In this document: positions 55,983 through 63,933 of the stretch, piece after piece
How positions within the stretch are numbered: position 1 is the stretch's first letter
Layout: each line of letters starts with the position of its first letter
From: an uncultured Eubacteriales bacterium
GTDB taxonomy: Bacteria > Bacillota > Thermincolia > Thermincolales > CAZWUW01
Assembly: GCA_964636895.1 (NCBI GenBank)
Contig: CAZWUW010000003.1
Span: 1 to 63,933 of the forward strand
Direction of reading: 5' to 3'
Length of the DNA stretch: 63,933 nt
Translations under genes and position numbers: made by a program
The notes under the pieces: model-generated
What the model was told of the DNA's origin: nothing
Seen by the model: the letters and a program-made list of their open reading frames with translations, nothing else
Database searches by the model: none

Positions 55983-58204
55983 AACACCTCTTCTCTGTTA
56001 ATGATTAATGTTAAATAAGGTGCAGCGCCAAAGCTGATCATCGTAGCGGCCGCTACTACCCCGGAGTCATTGAACAATAAAGCCGCCAGAGCACCGATTA
56101 TCATACCGGTCATGCCGCCGTGAAAATACGGGTAATCGGCTTTTATCTTGCGGCCGTTGACCGGCCTCAGCGTGTTAAATATTATGAATCCGGCCAGGCC
56201 GGTCAAAAAGGTCCAACTCCAGGTGGTACGCTTGATGAGTTTCCAGTTCATAGCTGCTTTTCTGGTAATAATATTTAGTATTTCTCCGGCTCCGGTTTCC
56301 CGGATCAAACTAACGGTGCGGCCAATGTGGGTCTGTGCGGTCTGGCTTCTGTTCATATCGTATACTAAAAATAATCCCAGCATCAGCCCGATACCTAAAG
56401 CAAGCGTCAGTAAAGAATTGCGATTAATGGTATATCCGGCCAACACCAGCATAACGCCCCCAAAACCGGCCACCGCAGCTATTCCGCCGCCTACATTGGT
56501 CCCCAGTTCGGGAGCGACAATAACATATATGCCCAGTAAAAATACACCGCCTATAATCAATCTGGCTATCGCATCATTTAATTTACATACTGAGACAAGG
56601 CCGGTCAGACCGGCAATGAGTGTTCCCAGCAAGACACCCATATATTCATTACCCAGTCCGTAAAAGCGGGCACCGGTCATCGGGTCATAACTTAACGGTG
56701 ACGTTTTGTTCAGCGGGGCCCCAATAAAAAGGTCTATTATAATCGTAATTGCAGTAAACAATGCAATCACAACAAACGGTCCCAGCTCGTTTTTTCTGCC
56801 GAGGATATATCCAAACAGGGAAATTAACAGTGTCAGACCCAAAGCTGCAATGATTCCGGAAACTAGCTGCGGTTGCGGCAATATAATGCTTTGCAGCAAC
56901 AAAGCCAGCGGTACGGCCGTCAGTGCCATAAGCGCCGGTTTTAATCGGCGGACAAAGCCCTGACGTAAAAGCAGTCCAATTATGACCACCATCAGAATAA
57001 CCAATACTGTATTGATATATCCCTTTACCAAAGGATATCTTAGTGAATTAGTGTATACAATCCTCTTGTTGCTGTCTGACAGCATTTTAAAATCCGCCCG
57101 GCCAGGCCGACTTTCTATCGCCTGCCCATTAAATAACAGGCCTTCCTCCCCCTTTAGTACGTTACTAATGCCAAAAAAACCGGCTACCGTGGGAGCAATA
57201 TCGGTATTCGCCACCAGGCCGTTTCTCTTAATAGTCCCGGACCACAACAAACCCGGCGCAATGCCTTTACCGGCGACAATAACAGGGGTCAGATAGTTTT
57301 CCTCGGCCATAGCGGCAAAAGTCGGCTCCGGTACTATAATCATCAGCAGGTCATGCTGCCAATCCAATTGTTCGGCTACGCTGCCAATAAATCCGTCCAG
57401 TTCGTGGAGGATTTTTTTTCTTTCCTGTTGCACAACCCTCGTCAAAGAAATGTCGGTCATCTTATCCAGCATGGAAGTCTCAGCGGTTTCAATTACTATC
57501 AGTGCCGCTTTGCTACGCATTTCCCTTAACATATGAAGCCAGCGTGGATAATCAGGTTTTCTGCCGGCAATACGATCAGGGGCTTTAACCATGGTGCCGC
57601 TTCCAACATCACCAAAATCCACCAGCCCCAGACTGTCCATAGCAATATTCACTACGTGTCGGTTAACCTCTTTATCTACATCCGTATTGCCGATAACAGC
57701 AGTTTTTTTGCCGTGCCGGTGCAAAGCCTCGCCAATGGACCCAATCGTATAATTATACTTTAAATCACTATTGGATTTTAAAATGTCCACAATCCCTAAG
57801 TGGACAACAGACCCAGGTGCCGGCCGCCGCCCGGTTCGACGGAAATATGCATCGCCGGCCGTCCCCGCTTCATAAGGTTCCGACTCGTTATAAGCTAACC
57901 CGCCCAAAAAACCACCCTTTAATTTAAAACCGGCACCAATTGTTGTATATGTATTTTCCGGTGTGCGCGCAACACCGGCGGCAGGATTAGTGGTCATTAA
58001 GCCAATTGCACCTGCTGCGGAAATCTTTTTAATATTTGGTAATTCATTATTAACCAGGTCTTCCACCGTAACCCGGTCAATCACCACCAATACTACCGTC
58101 CCTGGCGATGTACCGTTCGGACCTGCAGCAGCCACTGCTGCCCCCGAAAAAATCAGGAGAAAACACAGACAAAGGCAAATAATTGTAGCTCTTTTAAATT
58201 TCAA
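55979..58204 (-). CDS. Uncharacterised envelope protein: signal peptide, phosphodiesterase/alkaline-phosphatase-like ectodomain and a C-terminal polytopic membrane domain (paralog 1).
   Basis: 741 aa, TTG start after GGAAGGAGAG. Contains VVLVVIDRV...LPNIKK...ARTPENTYTTIGAG...GLVANTDIAPTVAGFFGI. About 10 hydrophobic segments follow, with GARFYGLGNEYMGVLLG, GTNVGGGIAAV and LLFNDSGVVAAA. Confidence 0.7.
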   Translation of the reverse strand: MKFKRATIICLCLCFLLIFSGAAVAAAGPNGTSPGTVVLVVIDRVTVEDLVNNELPNIKKISAAGAIGLMTTNPAAGVARTPENTYTTIGAGFKLKGGFLGGLAYNESEPYEAGTAGDAYFRRTGRRPAPGSVVHLGIVDILKSNSDLKYNYTIGSIGEALHRHGKKTAVIGNTDVDKEVNRHVVNIAMDSLGLVDFGDVGSGTMVKAPDRIAGRKPDYPRWLHMLREMRSKAALIVIETAETSMLDKMTDISLTRVVQQERKKILHELDGFIGSVAEQLDWQHDLLMIIVPEPTFAAMAEENYLTPVIVAGKGIAPGLLWSGTIKRNGLVANTDIAPTVAGFFGISNVLKGEEGLLFNGQAIESRPGRADFKMLSDSNKRIVYTNSLRYPLVKGYINTVLVILMVVIIGLLLRQGFVRRLKPALMALTAVPLALLLQSIILPQPQLVSGIIAALGLTLLISLFGYILGRKNELGPFVVIALFTAITIIIDLFIGAPLNKTSPLSYDPMTGARFYGLGNEYMGVLLGTLIAGLTGLVSVCKLNDAIARLIIGGVFLLGIYVIVAPELGTNVGGGIAAVAGFGGVMLVLAGYTINRNSLLTLALGIGLMLGLFLVYDMNRSQTAQTHIGRTVSLIRETGAGEILNIITRKAAMNWKLIKRTTWSWTFLTGLAGFIIFNTLRPVNGRKIKADYPYFHGGMTGMIIGALAALLFNDSGVVAAATMISFGAAPYLTLIINREEVL

Positions 58205-59363
58205 AATACTCTCTCCTTCCGGTATCCTTTAGACAATACCGGTAAAAATCCACTGTTTTTGCAATCATGGTATCCTTTGAGAATTCAGAGACGGTCATTT
58301 CATTCCCGGCCTGGCCCATTTTTCCCCTCAGCTCAGGCTGCGCCAGCAGTATTTTTATGGCGCTTGCCAATGCCCCGGCATCACGGGGCGGCACCAGCAT
58401 CCCGTTTTGTTCCGGCTTAACCAGTTCCGGGAGTCCGCCCACAGCGGAAGCAATTACCGGCTTACCGGCAGCCATGGCTTCAATAGTCGTAATTGATAAA
58501 CCTTCCGATATAGAGGGAACCACAAAAATATCAAACAATTTCAAAAAAGGGGTAATGTCAGGTTGGTAACCGGTGAAAACAACCCGACCGGCTAAGCCGG
58601 CCCGCTGCACCCGGTCTTCGAGTTCAGCCCGCAGAGGCCCGTCACCAACAATCATAAATAATCCGGCACAGGCTTCATTTACCAACACATCAATAGCTTC
58701 AATAAATACAGCAAGACCTTTCTGGGGTGCCATGCGGGCTACAGTTCCCACTACCGGCACATCCGGTCCAATACCGTAATTCTTGCGTAACAGTGTGAGA
58801 TCCGGCTCTGTCCGGAACCTGGCCAAATCAATGCCGTTATATATGGCCACGACTTTATTGGGGGGAATCCCAAATTTCTCCTCCATTTCATCCCTTAGCG
58901 CCCGGGACACGGTTATGATACCCGAAGTCCTCCGACCCAGCACTCTTTCCCCCCGGGTAAAAAACAATCGTTTCAGCAATGGCACCTCGTCATAAACCAC
59001 AAAGTTATGTACGGTGGCAATGATTACCGGCACACCGGCCAGCCAGGCCGCAATCCGGCCTACCAACCCCGCTTTGGAACCATGACAATGCACAATGTCA
59101 AAACCGGTTTTTTTAATTAATCTATATAGTTCAAAAATACATTTCAGATCTTTTTCAGGCTGAATAGGACCGACGATTTCCACCTGGTGGTATTTGATCC
59201 CTTGGGCTTCAATTTCCCGCACCATACCAAAATTAGCCGCACCCGGACCAGCCACCTCTACCATAAAATCGGTCGCCGATAATCCACCGGTCAAATCCAA
59301 CAGGTGTTGTTTCATGCCGCCCGCAGCAGGTCTGACAATGTGTAAAACATTAATATTTTTCAT
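58194..59363 (-). CDS. GT4-family (GT-B) glycosyltransferase.
   Basis: 389 aa. Contains VLHIVRPAAGGM and a C-terminal EGLSITTIEAMAAGKPVIASAVGGLPELV. 11-nt overlap with the downstream paralog 1. Confidence 0.85.
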   Translation of the reverse strand: MKNINVLHIVRPAAGGMKQHLLDLTGGLSATDFMVEVAGPGAANFGMVREIEAQGIKYHQVEIVGPIQPEKDLKCIFELYRLIKKTGFDIVHCHGSKAGLVGRIAAWLAGVPVIIATVHNFVVYDEVPLLKRLFFTRGERVLGRRTSGIITVSRALRDEMEEKFGIPPNKVVAIYNGIDLARFRTEPDLTLLRKNYGIGPDVPVVGTVARMAPQKGLAVFIEAIDVLVNEACAGLFMIVGDGPLRAELEDRVQRAGLAGRVVFTGYQPDITPFLKLFDIFVVPSISEGLSITTIEAMAAGKPVIASAVGGLPELVKPEQNGMLVPPRDAGALASAIKILLAQPELRGKMGQAGNEMTVSEFSKDTMIAKTVDFYRYCLKDTGRREYFEI

Positions 59364-59467
59364 GAATTCACCGGTTTCCCCTCAGAGACATAAATATTAC
59401 CATTTATCCTCACATCTTGTTTTTGCACTATATTCGACAAATATCTCTGCTGACCTGCAAAACTGTT

Positions 59468-59497
59468 AAAGCCGGTCGTTTTATCCCAACCGGCTTT
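59468..59497 (-). terminator. Hairpin at the 3' end of the L,D-transpeptidase gene.
   Basis: AAAGCCGGT-(12 nt)-ACCGGCTTT. One arm covers the stop codon. AACAGTTTTG follows on the minus strand. Confidence 0.4.
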
Positions 59498-60191
59498 ACA
59501 AGCCTACAGCAGCATATATATCTGCATCCACCTGACCCGTCACTTCAAAATAATGCTCTTTTTGAAACTGTTTGAGGGCTTTTTCGGTAGCTTTACCAAA
59601 GAAACCATCTATTTCGGCCTGAAAATATCCCTGTTCTTTTAATTTCATCTGCAGCAGCATAACATCTGAACCCCGGTGACCACTGTGCAGGGTTCGCCTT
59701 TCTTCATAGAAAGGCGGATAAATCATGCCTTTAATGCTAACTCTGCTGCCTTCAGCTACCAAATCGTATAGTTCTTCAACATCCCGGTTAAGCATCCGAA
59801 TACACCCATGACTTGCCGCCGAACCAATGGACCAGGGCTTATTCGTGCCGTGGATGCCATACAACCCCCATGGCACGTTCAAGCCCATCCATCTGGTACC
59901 AAATCCTGTTCCCCAGTGACGGGCCTTGCGTTTAATAATCCAATCTCCCACCGGTGTTGGCGATTCTTCTTTACCGATAGCTACATGATATGACTTGTAT
60001 TGTTTGTTGTTTACATAAACAGTAAGCATTTTTGTTTTTTTGTCAATAACAATGTAATTCTTCCCACTTTCTGCTGGAGCCGCTGTTGCGATGACCGGCG
60101 CTATAATTATCATAATACCTGTGAGCAGCAGACATATTTTCATAATAACCCTTGACTTCAAAAAGCAAACACCTCCACTTAAAACTCTCAA
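59496..60191 (-). CDS. L,D-transpeptidase (YkuD fold) with a C-terminal peptidoglycan-binding domain.
   Basis: Catalytic SHGCIRM. PG_binding_1-like tail GSDVMLLQMKLKEQGYF...DGFFGKATEKALKQFQ. The start is ambiguous (60191, 60161 TTG or 60143 ATG). Confidence 0.85.
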   Translation of the reverse strand: MRVLSGGVCFLKSRVIMKICLLLTGIMIIIAPVIATAAPAESGKNYIVIDKKTKMLTVYVNNKQYKSYHVAIGKEESPTPVGDWIIKRKARHWGTGFGTRWMGLNVPWGLYGIHGTNKPWSIGSAASHGCIRMLNRDVEELYDLVAEGSRVSIKGMIYPPFYEERRTLHSGHRGSDVMLLQMKLKEQGYFQAEIDGFFGKATEKALKQFQKEHYFEVTGQVDADIYAAVGL

Positions 60192-60213
60192 GGATTATTT
60201 TTTGTAATGAGAC

Positions 60214-62196
60214 TTAAATATATTCATTCTGAATACTCAATAACAAGCCCAGTGGGATAATAAGATATGTAAACATCATGGCAGTAGCTATGACCCCGGT
60301 ATCATTGAAAAGAAATGCCACCACACCGCCGAAAAACAATACCGTAAAACCTTTTGCCAAATATGGATGAGTTGCCTGCATCCGGCTAAATTCACCTTGG
60401 CGAAACATTTTATAAATTAGATAAAACTCAGCCAGTAAAATCAGATTCCATGGTGGTATTATTAGCATTAAAAGAAACAATGAAAGTTTTGACCATAAAA
60501 TTTTTAAAAATTTGGCTCCAAAATCTCCGCTTAGCAGTTCAGTCAACACTTTTCCGGCATGGGTCCGTTCAGGGTTAAGGGTGGCATCAAGATATGCGAT
60601 GCCAATTTCCACCGCAAAAACTGCAATTACAATTAACATGACCTGCCGCCAATGCACCGGTTTTTTGCCTGCCAGCACTGTAACAGTCACAGTGGCCACC
60701 ACCATGGCGGCAATAGTCCCGCCAACATTTGCCCCAAAACGCGGACTCAAACCAACCACCGGCAGTAATGTAAATATCAATCCCGTCACTATAGCTAAAC
60801 CACGGGAAAACCGCAGAGTATGGAAAATCAGGAATTGACCCAGTACAGTAGCACCCAGCAAAATTCCCATAGTGTCATTATTCATTCCATAATATCTGCC
60901 GCCCATAAAAACGTCGGAAAAGCCCAATGGCGAATTAAGGTAAAGCCCCCCACCGGTAAAAAGTCCGGCCAACAGCACAATTGCGGTTATAAAACCGGCC
61001 CCTCCCAGCAACGGCAAAAGCTTTTTGGCCCGGCTGAGCAAGCAGCTTAAAATGCTTGTCGTAAACACAATAATCAGGGTGAATAAATAGGAGCCGGCGA
61101 AATTCAAAAACGGCGAGAGCATAAATGTCACCATAGGCAAGGTTATAACACCGCAGGCCAAGAACCGGATAATCGCCGGAGCAACTCTAAGCCGCCGGCG
61201 TAAAACGGGCATATACAAAAAAACCATAGCCAAAACCGTAACAGCAACGTAAAATCCGTGCATGATGTAGCGACTGATTTTTAGGTTCTTATACTGTGCC
61301 AAGCTATTAATCGTATAAGTCAGCGCGTTATCATGACTGCTGACCCTAATGGGCTCACCTATGTATGTTGTGTTTTTGTTAATACCAAAATGCTTGAAAA
61401 CCGTTGGCACAAAGTCAACATTAGCTACTAAACCCGGTCGCTTGGTGGTGCCGGAAGTCACAATGCCGCCTTTGACAATACCGCCTTTGATACGGGGGCC
61501 GGTCATAATCACGGGAGTCAGGCTAAAATTGCCTTGGCTGATCATTTCCTGCGATGGATTCGGAGTTAACAGCAACAGTAATGTATTATCTTGGTCAATT
61601 TTAGTAAATATCCGGCCTAATAAATTATCGGCCTGGTTAAGAACATCCGAAGACTCGCCGTAATTTATGACCAGGATATCGGCAATTTCGTATATCCGCG
61701 CAAATTCAGCCAACAGAAGTTCATTATTGGAGCCAGTAACAGTATATGGTACTTTCCCGTTTTCATCAGCCGCTAATAATATTGTTTGCCGGTCGGGACG
61801 GGAGGAATTGGTTTTTTCCAGTACAGCAATTTTCAAACCGTTTTCCCGTGCCGTTCTGCCAAAGTTACCAGCCTTGCCGCTGTCTTGCGGATAACTTGCC
61901 CGCATGCCCATATTGAGGGACAGATAGCCGCTTTCCCGGTTTTCCCACGAAAATGACTTGCCCCGAACATTCATTAATCCTATACCGCTTTTGTCCAGCA
62001 AGGACTTGAAATTTGGCATGTCGGCCTTGACCAGATCATCAATCCCGATCCGGTCAATAACGAAAATCACCGCTTTGCGCTGATCATTTTTTTCCGCCGC
62101 AGTTATCGGACTTCCGTAAGCCGTCCAAAATACCGCTAACAGCACCATTAGCAGTATCCACTTTGCTTTTGTAGCTTTTAAATATTGAGAGTGCAT
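60214..62196 (-). CDS. Uncharacterised envelope protein, paralog 2 of 55979..58204.
   Basis: The ORF track extends to 62220. I prefer the ATG at 62196 (AAGGAG 7 nt upstream). Shares with paralog 1: V(I/V)DR..(I/V).(D/E)DLV...(L/M)PN(I/F)K, LTPVI, GLVAN.D..PTV..FGI, G.R(F/Y)YG..N..MG(V/I)LLG, G(T/A)NVGG.IAA and FND(S/T)GV(V/I)A. Confidence 0.7.
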   Translation of the reverse strand: MHSQYLKATKAKWILLMVLLAVFWTAYGSPITAAEKNDQRKAVIFVIDRIGIDDLVKADMPNFKSLLDKSGIGLMNVRGKSFSWENRESGYLSLNMGMRASYPQDSGKAGNFGRTARENGLKIAVLEKTNSSRPDRQTILLAADENGKVPYTVTGSNNELLLAEFARIYEIADILVINYGESSDVLNQADNLLGRIFTKIDQDNTLLLLLTPNPSQEMISQGNFSLTPVIMTGPRIKGGIVKGGIVTSGTTKRPGLVANVDFVPTVFKHFGINKNTTYIGEPIRVSSHDNALTYTINSLAQYKNLKISRYIMHGFYVAVTVLAMVFLYMPVLRRRLRVAPAIIRFLACGVITLPMVTFMLSPFLNFAGSYLFTLIIVFTTSILSCLLSRAKKLLPLLGGAGFITAIVLLAGLFTGGGLYLNSPLGFSDVFMGGRYYGMNNDTMGILLGATVLGQFLIFHTLRFSRGLAIVTGLIFTLLPVVGLSPRFGANVGGTIAAMVVATVTVTVLAGKKPVHWRQVMLIVIAVFAVEIGIAYLDATLNPERTHAGKVLTELLSGDFGAKFLKILWSKLSLFLLMLIIPPWNLILLAEFYLIYKMFRQGEFSRMQATHPYLAKGFTVLFFGGVVAFLFNDTGVIATAMMFTYLIIPLGLLLSIQNEYI

Positions 62197-62346
62197 ATCG
62201 AACTCCTTTATACTTGCCATATTTTATTATATACTCTTTACCATAGTGTCGTCCAATATATCAGGCAATAGTTTAAGCAAAAGGCAGGAAACTCCAACAT
62301 AGGTGGCGAAGAAAAATAATACCGTCTATCAAAGGAGTAAGAATAA

Positions 62347-62772
62347 ATGGTAATTCGAGGCAAGGACGCGCACATTCTTAGCGAGAAACATAAGCGAATA
62401 CTAAAAATCAGGATTGAAAACCGAATAAAAACCGTAAATAACAAGGATAAGGGTACCGTCCGCTGGGAGACCCGCAAAAAACTGGCTACCATCTCATCTT
62501 CAAAGGACTTTATTATAAAACTTGTCTCACGAGTGGAACTGTTATATCAGATGTTATTTGACCGCAACTTCCCGGTGTCGGCAAAAGTAGCAAGAATAGT
62601 CACTGCCGGATTGCTTTACTTTATATCGCCCGGTGATTTCCTGCCTGATGACATCCCGGGTTTGGGCTACCTGGATGATGCCTTTGTTATTAATGAAATC
62701 TGGGATAAAGTCAGCCAGGAAGTGCAGAATTATATTTCTATAAAAGGATTGGATGCAGATAAATATATATAA
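62347..62772 (+). CDS. DUF1232 (YkvA-like) membrane-associated protein.
   Basis: 141 aa. Contains LLYFISPGDFLPDDIPGLGYLDDAFV. AAAGGAG RBS. Confidence 0.75.
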   Translation: MVIRGKDAHILSEKHKRILKIRIENRIKTVNNKDKGTVRWETRKKLATISSSKDFIIKLVSRVELLYQMLFDRNFPVSAKVARIVTAGLLYFISPGDFLPDDIPGLGYLDDAFVINEIWDKVSQEVQNYISIKGLDADKYI

Positions 62773-62775
62773 AAC

Positions 62776-62807
62776 AAAACCCGGTCAAATAAACCGGGTT
62801 TTATCTT
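62776..62807 (+). terminator. Rho-independent terminator.
   Basis: AAAACCCGGT-caaataa-ACCGGGTTTT-ATCTTT. Confidence 0.8.
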
Positions 62808-62816
62808 TAAAAATAT

Positions 62817-62840
62817 TCCATTGTCGTATCCATTGTCGTA
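62817..62840. repeat. Tandem 12-bp direct repeat.
   Basis: TCCATTGTCGTA occurs twice back to back, between the DUF1232 terminator and the 3' end of tRNA-Pro. Confidence 0.6.
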
Positions 62841-62888
62841 AACAAGCGTTTATGTTAAATCGTTTATACTACGAAGATAACGCTTAAA

Positions 62889-62965
62889 TGGTCGGGCTAG
62901 CGAGATTCGAACTCACGACCTCTACCACCCCAAGGTAGCGCGCTACCAAACTGCGCTATAGCCCG
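62889..62965 (-). tRNA. tRNA-Pro (anticodon GGG), CCA-encoded.
   Basis: Folded by hand on the minus strand: CGGGCTA-TA-GCGC-AGTTTGGTA-GCGC-G-CTACC-TTGGGGT-GGTAG-AGGTC-GTGAG-TTCGAAT-CTCGC-TAGCCCG-A-CCA. 77 nt, all four stems pair, U33 and G37 flank GGG. Confidence 0.9.
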
Positions 62966-63043
62966 ACACATCAACCATTATACAATATAAATAGCCATTT
63001 TGCAAGGAAAACATATTACCTTGTTTTGGTTATTAGATCACGG

Positions 63044-63933
63044 TTATTTCATCACTTCTAAAGCCCTGGCACCAACCGGGTTCGGTTCCAGTTCCAGCAC
63101 TTTTGAATGAATGCCTGCTTCCCAAAAGGTATCCTTCATAACCTTGGCCACCGGTCCGGCATTTTGGTCACAAAAGGCGACCAACGTCGGACCGGCACCG
63201 CTTAAGGCCACGCCTTTAGCCCCAGCCAGCCGGGCGGCGGCAAAAACCTTTTTCATGCCGGGAACCAAATTAGCCCGGTATGGCTGGTGCAGCCGGTCTT
63301 CCATTGCTGTACTAAGCATGCCTAAGTCACCTCTGATAAATGAGGCCACCAGCAGCGCTACTCGGCTGATATTGAATACAGCGTCCTGTACCGAAACCTG
63401 CTGGGGTAGTACCTCGCGGGCCAATTTAGTCGGCAAGGCGAAATCCGGGATGGCCACTACACATTTCAATCCGGCCGGCGGATCTATTTTGCAATATTTT
63501 ACTTCTCCCTCTACCATGGCGCTGACCACAATACCGCCAATCATAGCGGGTGCCACATTATCTGGATGACCCTCAATAGCCGCCGCAAAACTCAGAATAT
63601 CTTTTTCACTGAAAGGATTGCCGGCAATAATATTAGCCCCCACCAAGCCGCCAACAATGGCAGCGGCACTGGAGCCAAGCCCCCGGGCCAGCGGAATATT
63701 GTTAATTAGTTTTAAGCGCAGTCCCCGGGGAGAGTATTTTGCCTCATGGAATACTCTGGCTGCGGCAAGGTAGACAATATTACTCTGGTCACGGGGGATC
63801 TTTTCCGCACCGTCTCCTTCCACTTCAATAAAAATGCCACCTGGGACTTCTTCCATTTCCACTATATTATAAAGCTTTAAAGCCATGCCCAGAGTATCAA
63901 AACCCGGACCCAAATTAGCCGTAGTAGCCGGAA
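63044..63933 (-). CDS. thrB: Homoserine kinase (the first few N-terminal codons lie outside the window).
   Basis: The frame stays open to the window edge (...PATTANLGPGFDTLGMAL...). GHMP kinase motif PLARGLGSSAAAIVGG. Confidence 0.9.
   Translation of the reverse strand, partial: PATTANLGPGFDTLGMALKLYNIVEMEEVPGGIFIEVEGDGAEKIPRDQSNIVYLAAARVFHEAKYSPRGLRLKLINNIPLARGLGSSAAAIVGGLVGANIIAGNPFSEKDILSFAAAIEGHPDNVAPAMIGGIVVSAMVEGEVKYCKIDPPAGLKCVVAIPDFALPTKLAREVLPQQVSVQDAVFNISRVALLVASFIRGDLGMLSTAMEDRLHQPYRANLVPGMKKVFAAARLAGAKGVALSGAGPTLVAFCDQNAGPVAKVMKDTFWEAGIHSKVLELEPNPVGARALEVMK

Noticed and set aside
62238-62492. 84-aa minus-strand ORF upstream of paralog 2.
   Set aside because: It overlaps the 5' part of the DUF1232 gene on the other strand, has no RBS and is a hydrophobic low-complexity sequence. 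The DUF1232 frame has a recognisable domain motif.
62817-62888. The tandem TCCATTGTCGTA doublet and the nearby CGTTTAT repeats downstream of tRNA-Pro as a regulatory or att-like site.
   Set aside because: The repeats are very short and there are only two copies. No integrase or mobile DNA is adjacent to the tRNA. It is recorded as a repeat feature only.
1-63933. Search for CRISPR arrays, IS elements, integrases, prophage or toxin-antitoxin/defence modules.
   Set aside because: I found no regularly spaced direct repeats longer than the 12-bp doublet at 62817-62840. There are no transposase, integrase or recombinase-like ORFs, no terminal inverted repeats and no obvious small two-gene TA-like pairs.

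Overview
This window is about 64 kb of chromosome from a Gram-positive, endospore-forming anaerobe. It looks like Clostridia, Peptococcaceae/Desulfotomaculum-like, but that is my inference from protein signatures and gene order; no search was run. I count about 62 protein genes and one tRNA. I saw no rRNA, CRISPR array, transposase, integrase or phage genes. From left to right: (i) 1-6.3 kb is a tightly packed minus-strand operon for S-adenosylmethionine by-product salvage (mtnP-mtnA-ahcY-moaD-like-aor-class II aldolase-mtaD). (ii) 6.3-22.6 kb holds ftsY, an uncharacterised tandem-repeat protein, smc, a radical-SAM gene, rnc and a complete fatty-acid synthesis operon (fapR-plsX-fabH-fabK-fabD-fabG-acpP-fabK-like-fabF), with a readable promoter and palindromic FapR operator. 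(iii) 22.7-28.8 kb holds rpmF/yceD, pta and the ylb cluster (tmcAL, ylbJ, coaD, rsmD). (iv) 29.2-45.0 kb is a phosphate island. It has two pst transporter operons, one lacking pstB. It has three PstS paralogs, one translationally coupled to a chemoreceptor and one fused to a copper-amine-oxidase-N-like domain. It also has a PhoP/PhoB-type response regulator with no kinase, an HD-GYP protein and a glycosyltransferase/UDP-sugar dehydrogenase pair. Phased TTAACA-type Pho boxes sit at four or five promoters in this island. (v) 45.1-49.4 kb holds the spore genes gpr and two alpha/beta SASPs, a stand-alone [FeFe]-hydrogenase and a DUF421 gene. (vi) 49.5-55.1 kb holds recG, fakB/fakA, asp23, a DUF1858 gene and rpmB. 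(vii) 55.1-62.2 kb holds hslO joined to an uncharacterised envelope cluster: two paralogous proteins with a phosphodiesterase-like ectodomain and a polytopic membrane domain, a GT4 glycosyltransferase and an L,D-transpeptidase. (viii) The right end holds a DUF1232 gene, tRNA-Pro(GGG) and thrB. The candidates most worth follow-up are the envelope cluster at 55.9-62.2 kb, the Pho-box-controlled mcp-pstS bicistron, the AOR embedded in the SAM-salvage operon, and the tandem JAB/MPN-like protein between smc and ftsY. All functional calls come from motif recognition by eye and have not been verified computationally.
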